Source of the DNA: Minisyncoccota bacterium
GTDB lineage: Bacteria; Patescibacteriota; Minisyncoccia; Phycocordibacterales; PALSA-1337
NCBI GenBank assembly: GCA_041666915.1
Contig: JBAYFZ010000001.1
Span: 9,086-73,085, forward strand
Length of the DNA stretch: 64,000 bases
Direction of reading: 5' to 3'
Under the pieces are notes generated by a model, which saw only the letters and a program-made list of their open reading frames with translations, did not search any database and was not told the DNA's origin. The position numbers and the translations under genes are program-made. This document shows, one piece after another, positions 61,757-64,000 of the stretch. Every line of letters begins with the position of its first letter. Position 1 is the stretch's first letter.

Positions 61757-61859
61757 AGTGCAAAGTGAAAAATGCAAAGTTTTGGTTACTAGTTAATAGT
61801 TAAAGAAATCTAATAATTTTTCATTAAAACTTTACATTTTGCATTTTTCACTTTGCACT
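61757..61859. repeat. Heptamer-periodic inverted repeat between tRNAs
   Basis: Perfect 22-nt arms AGTGCAAAGTGAAAAATGCAAA / TTTGCATTTTTCACTTTGCACT. Confidence 0.85.
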
Positions 61860-61865
61860 CCCTTG

Positions 61866-61939
61866 TCCGCCCAGTTGGATTCGAACCAACGACCAATCGC
61901 TTAAGAGGCGAGTGCTCTACCAGACTGAGCTATGGGCGG
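61866..61939 (-). tRNA. tRNA-Lys(CTT)
   Basis: CCGCCCA/TGGGCGG acceptor, TAGCTCAG..GGTAGAGC D arm, CTCTTAA loop, GGTTCGAATCC. Confidence 0.95.
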
Positions 61940-61999
61940 GTCTAGCTACAACGTATATTAATCTAACAGACTTTTGGCGTTTTGACAACGAAATTATTT

Positions 62000-62093
62000 G
62001 TCATTCCCGCGAAGGCGGGAATCCATGGTTACCACGAGGTGAATTAATTGTTTGTTCGTAATAATCCTGGATTCCCGCCTTCGCGGGAATGAC
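62000..62093. repeat. Inverted REP (dRS3-like) doublet
   Basis: Same arms as the copies at 20678 and 36601. Confidence 0.9.
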
Positions 62094-62142
62094 ACAGAGA
62101 ACGGGTATTGCAGAAAATCTTATAATATGTAATATTAGTGTC

Positions 62143-62346
62143 ATGGTAAACCGAATGCGCGCAACGCGAAGTCATCGCGATAATAGACGTTCACATCATG
62201 GCCTTACAATAGTCCGTCTTTCCAAGTGTCAAAATTGTAACGCTTTGCATCAGAGCCACCGCATTTGTATGAACTGTGGTTCGTACAACGGTCGCAAAGT
62301 ATTGGATTTGGCTCCAAAAAAGATCAAGGCCAAGGCAAAAGCTTAA
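62143..62346 (+). CDS. rpmF: 50S ribosomal protein bL32 (Zn-binding form)
   Basis: RRSH, CQNC, HRICMNCGSYNGR. Confidence 0.93.
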   Translation: MVNRMRATRSHRDNRRSHHGLTIVRLSKCQNCNALHQSHRICMNCGSYNGRKVLDLAPKKIKAKAKA

Positions 62347-62487
62347 ACGTTATTTTTAGGGTTCGGTGATGTTGCTTAAAAAGAAGTACCTATGTTAACA
62401 AAATTGTTCCTTAATAAAACTTACGAGTTTGGATGCGGTTCTATGAAGAACGGCTCCGAACTCGTGAGTTTTTTATAATTATAATAC

Positions 62488-63411
62488 ATGGCAAATAGAC
62501 ACTTATCACGTTCAGTAGTTCTCCAGTCACTCTTTGAGTGGGATTGTCACAATTGTCCTGATAAAGACATTTCTACGATTATAAATAGGAATGCCAAAGA
62601 GTTTGCTCCAGGTATGTCCGATGTTTCTTTCATGGAAGCTTTGGTAAAAGGAATTTTGGCAAAGAAAGAGGACTTAAATGAAATCATTGAGAAAGCTGCG
62701 CCAGATTGGCCAATAGATAAGATCTCTCCAGTTGATCGCAATGTCCTTCGCCTAGGTCTCTATGAGCTTCTATTTTCTGATCGCAAAGATGTGCCAGCCA
62801 AGGTTGCTATTAACGAAGCTATTGAACTCGCCAAGACTTTTGGCGGAGAGACTTCCGGACGTTTTGTAAACGGAGTTATGGGTGCTGTTTACAAAGAATT
62901 GGGTGAACCTGGTAAAGATGCTGTTTCTGTAAAGAAAACAAAGATAGTAGAAGTTCCTTATGAAAAAATGCCCATCCAACATTTGGGTGGTGCAGTTGTC
63001 TATGCTAGGGAAGGGCAGGATATTTACATGGCATTCGTCCATGATATTTTCGGTCACTGGACTCTTTCAAAAGGAAAGATTGCGGAGGGTATAGATCCAA
63101 AAGAAGGTACGATCATGAAGGTTAAAGAAGAGATCGGTCTAGATGTCTCTGTAGTTTCAGATCTCGGTAGTAATGAATATATTGCCAATGATCCTGAGAT
63201 TGGTAAGATTCGAAAACAGGTTCATTATTATTTGGCAGAATCAAGATTTACAGATTTAGTCCTCGCAAAGAAGCCTGGGCTTGATGATGCAAAATGGTTC
63301 AAGTTGGCTGACATTCTAGAATTAAATTTTTACAACGATATTTTACCTATTGTAACCAAGGCTGTGACGACGCTTAGTGAAGAGAGTTTAGAGGTAAGAG
63401 GTAAGAGTTAA
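62488..63411 (+). CDS. nusB: NusB fused to a C-terminal NUDIX-like domain
   Basis: RHLSR..LQSLFE, DRNVLRLG, VAINEAIELAKTFG, FVNGVMG; WTLSKGK...VKEEIGL. Confidence 0.92.
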   Translation: MANRHLSRSVVLQSLFEWDCHNCPDKDISTIINRNAKEFAPGMSDVSFMEALVKGILAKKEDLNEIIEKAAPDWPIDKISPVDRNVLRLGLYELLFSDRKDVPAKVAINEAIELAKTFGGETSGRFVNGVMGAVYKELGEPGKDAVSVKKTKIVEVPYEKMPIQHLGGAVVYAREGQDIYMAFVHDIFGHWTLSKGKIAEGIDPKEGTIMKVKEEIGLDVSVVSDLGSNEYIANDPEIGKIRKQVHYYLAESRFTDLVLAKKPGLDDAKWFKLADILELNFYNDILPIVTKAVTTLSEESLEVRGKS

Positions 63412-63444
63412 GATCTTACCTCCTATCTCTTACCTCTTAACTCT
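63383..63444. repeat. Heptamer-periodic hairpin across the nusB stop
   Basis: (AGAGGTA)-like x4 followed by (TACCTCT)-like x4. Confidence 0.8.
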
Positions 63445-63453
63445 TGAATTATC

Positions 63454-64000
63454 ATGAAAATAAATTTCGAAAAATTAGCTAAACATATCAATGTTGAGTT
63501 TGCTGATATAAACTTACTCAAAACTGCTTGCACGCACCGTTCTTATTTGAATGAAAATCGCAGTGAAGGTATGGAGCATAATGAGAGATTGGAATTCCTC
63601 GGAGATGCAGTTTTGGAATTGGTTGTAACCAGTTTCCTATATAGAAAGTATCCTTCAAAAGCAGAGGGGGCTTTGACTTCTTTTCGTTCCGCAATAGTGA
63701 ATACGGTCAGTTTGACCAAGGTTGCTGAACATATTGGTCTGAATGATTATATTTTACTTTCAAAAGGTGAGACCAAAGATACAGGTAGAGCTCGTTCTAT
63801 TATCTTAGCCAATACAGTTGAGGCCGTCATCGGAGCTGTTTATTTGGATCAAGGATACAATTCGTCTGCAAATTTTATTTCCGAACAGATTTTGAATGTT
63901 ATAGATATTGAAGATATTGTTGCTAATAAATCTTGGATAGATGCCAAAAGTCGTTTCCAAGAAAAAGCTCAAGAGAAAGTTGGTGTCACTCCTGCCTACA
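63454..64000 (+). CDS. rnc: Ribonuclease III, 3' truncated by window edge (absent from ORF track)
   Basis: THRSY, NERLEFLGDAVLEL, ANTVEAVIGAVYLDQG, DAKSRFQE. Confidence 0.97.
   Translation, partial: MKINFEKLAKHINVEFADINLLKTACTHRSYLNENRSEGMEHNERLEFLGDAVLELVVTSFLYRKYPSKAEGALTSFRSAIVNTVSLTKVAEHIGLNDYILLSKGETKDTGRARSIILANTVEAVIGAVYLDQGYNSSANFISEQILNVIDIEDIVANKSWIDAKSRFQEKAQEKVGVTPAY

Noticed and set aside
1-64000. Alternative genetic code 25
   Set aside because: Conserved genes are uninterrupted under code 11 and TGA ends genes in ATGA overlaps (4706-4709, 33578-33581, 45262-45265).

Overview
Chromosomal segment of a Patescibacteria (CPR) bacterium, probably Parcubacteria-type. This is inferred from compact RpoB/RpoC, frequent leaderless promoters, a VirB2-like pilin array, a CxxC-x17-CxxC protein and a HisRS paralog; TGA is used as a stop codon. 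Housekeeping genes: trmD, rpoB, rpoC, dnaG, rpoD, hisS, typA, ftsZ, ftsA, ybeY, rpsU, lepB, pth, rpsA, gyrA, rpmF, nusB, rnc, tRNA-Leu and tRNA-Lys. Accessory content: a four-helix-bundle cassette between rpoB and rpoC, a Fic/MTase/MazF islet, a membrane-anchored Schlafen protein, a type IV pilus-like operon, a pyrD-C-E-F cluster and several palindromic repeat families. The most striking unannotated structure is an RNA-only locus at about 15.17-15.44 kb on the minus strand. It holds a non-canonical 70-nt tRNA-like RNA with the alanine identity pair G3:U70, a shrunken D arm and a 10-nt anticodon loop. Downstream lies a separately promoted ~74-nt sRNA whose 5' end is an exact 18-nt complement of that anticodon arm. 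The 52-bp upstream region of the tRNA-like RNA is a near copy (48/52) of the promoter region of the pilB-pilC operon 14.5 kb away. All calls are by eye; no database searches were run.
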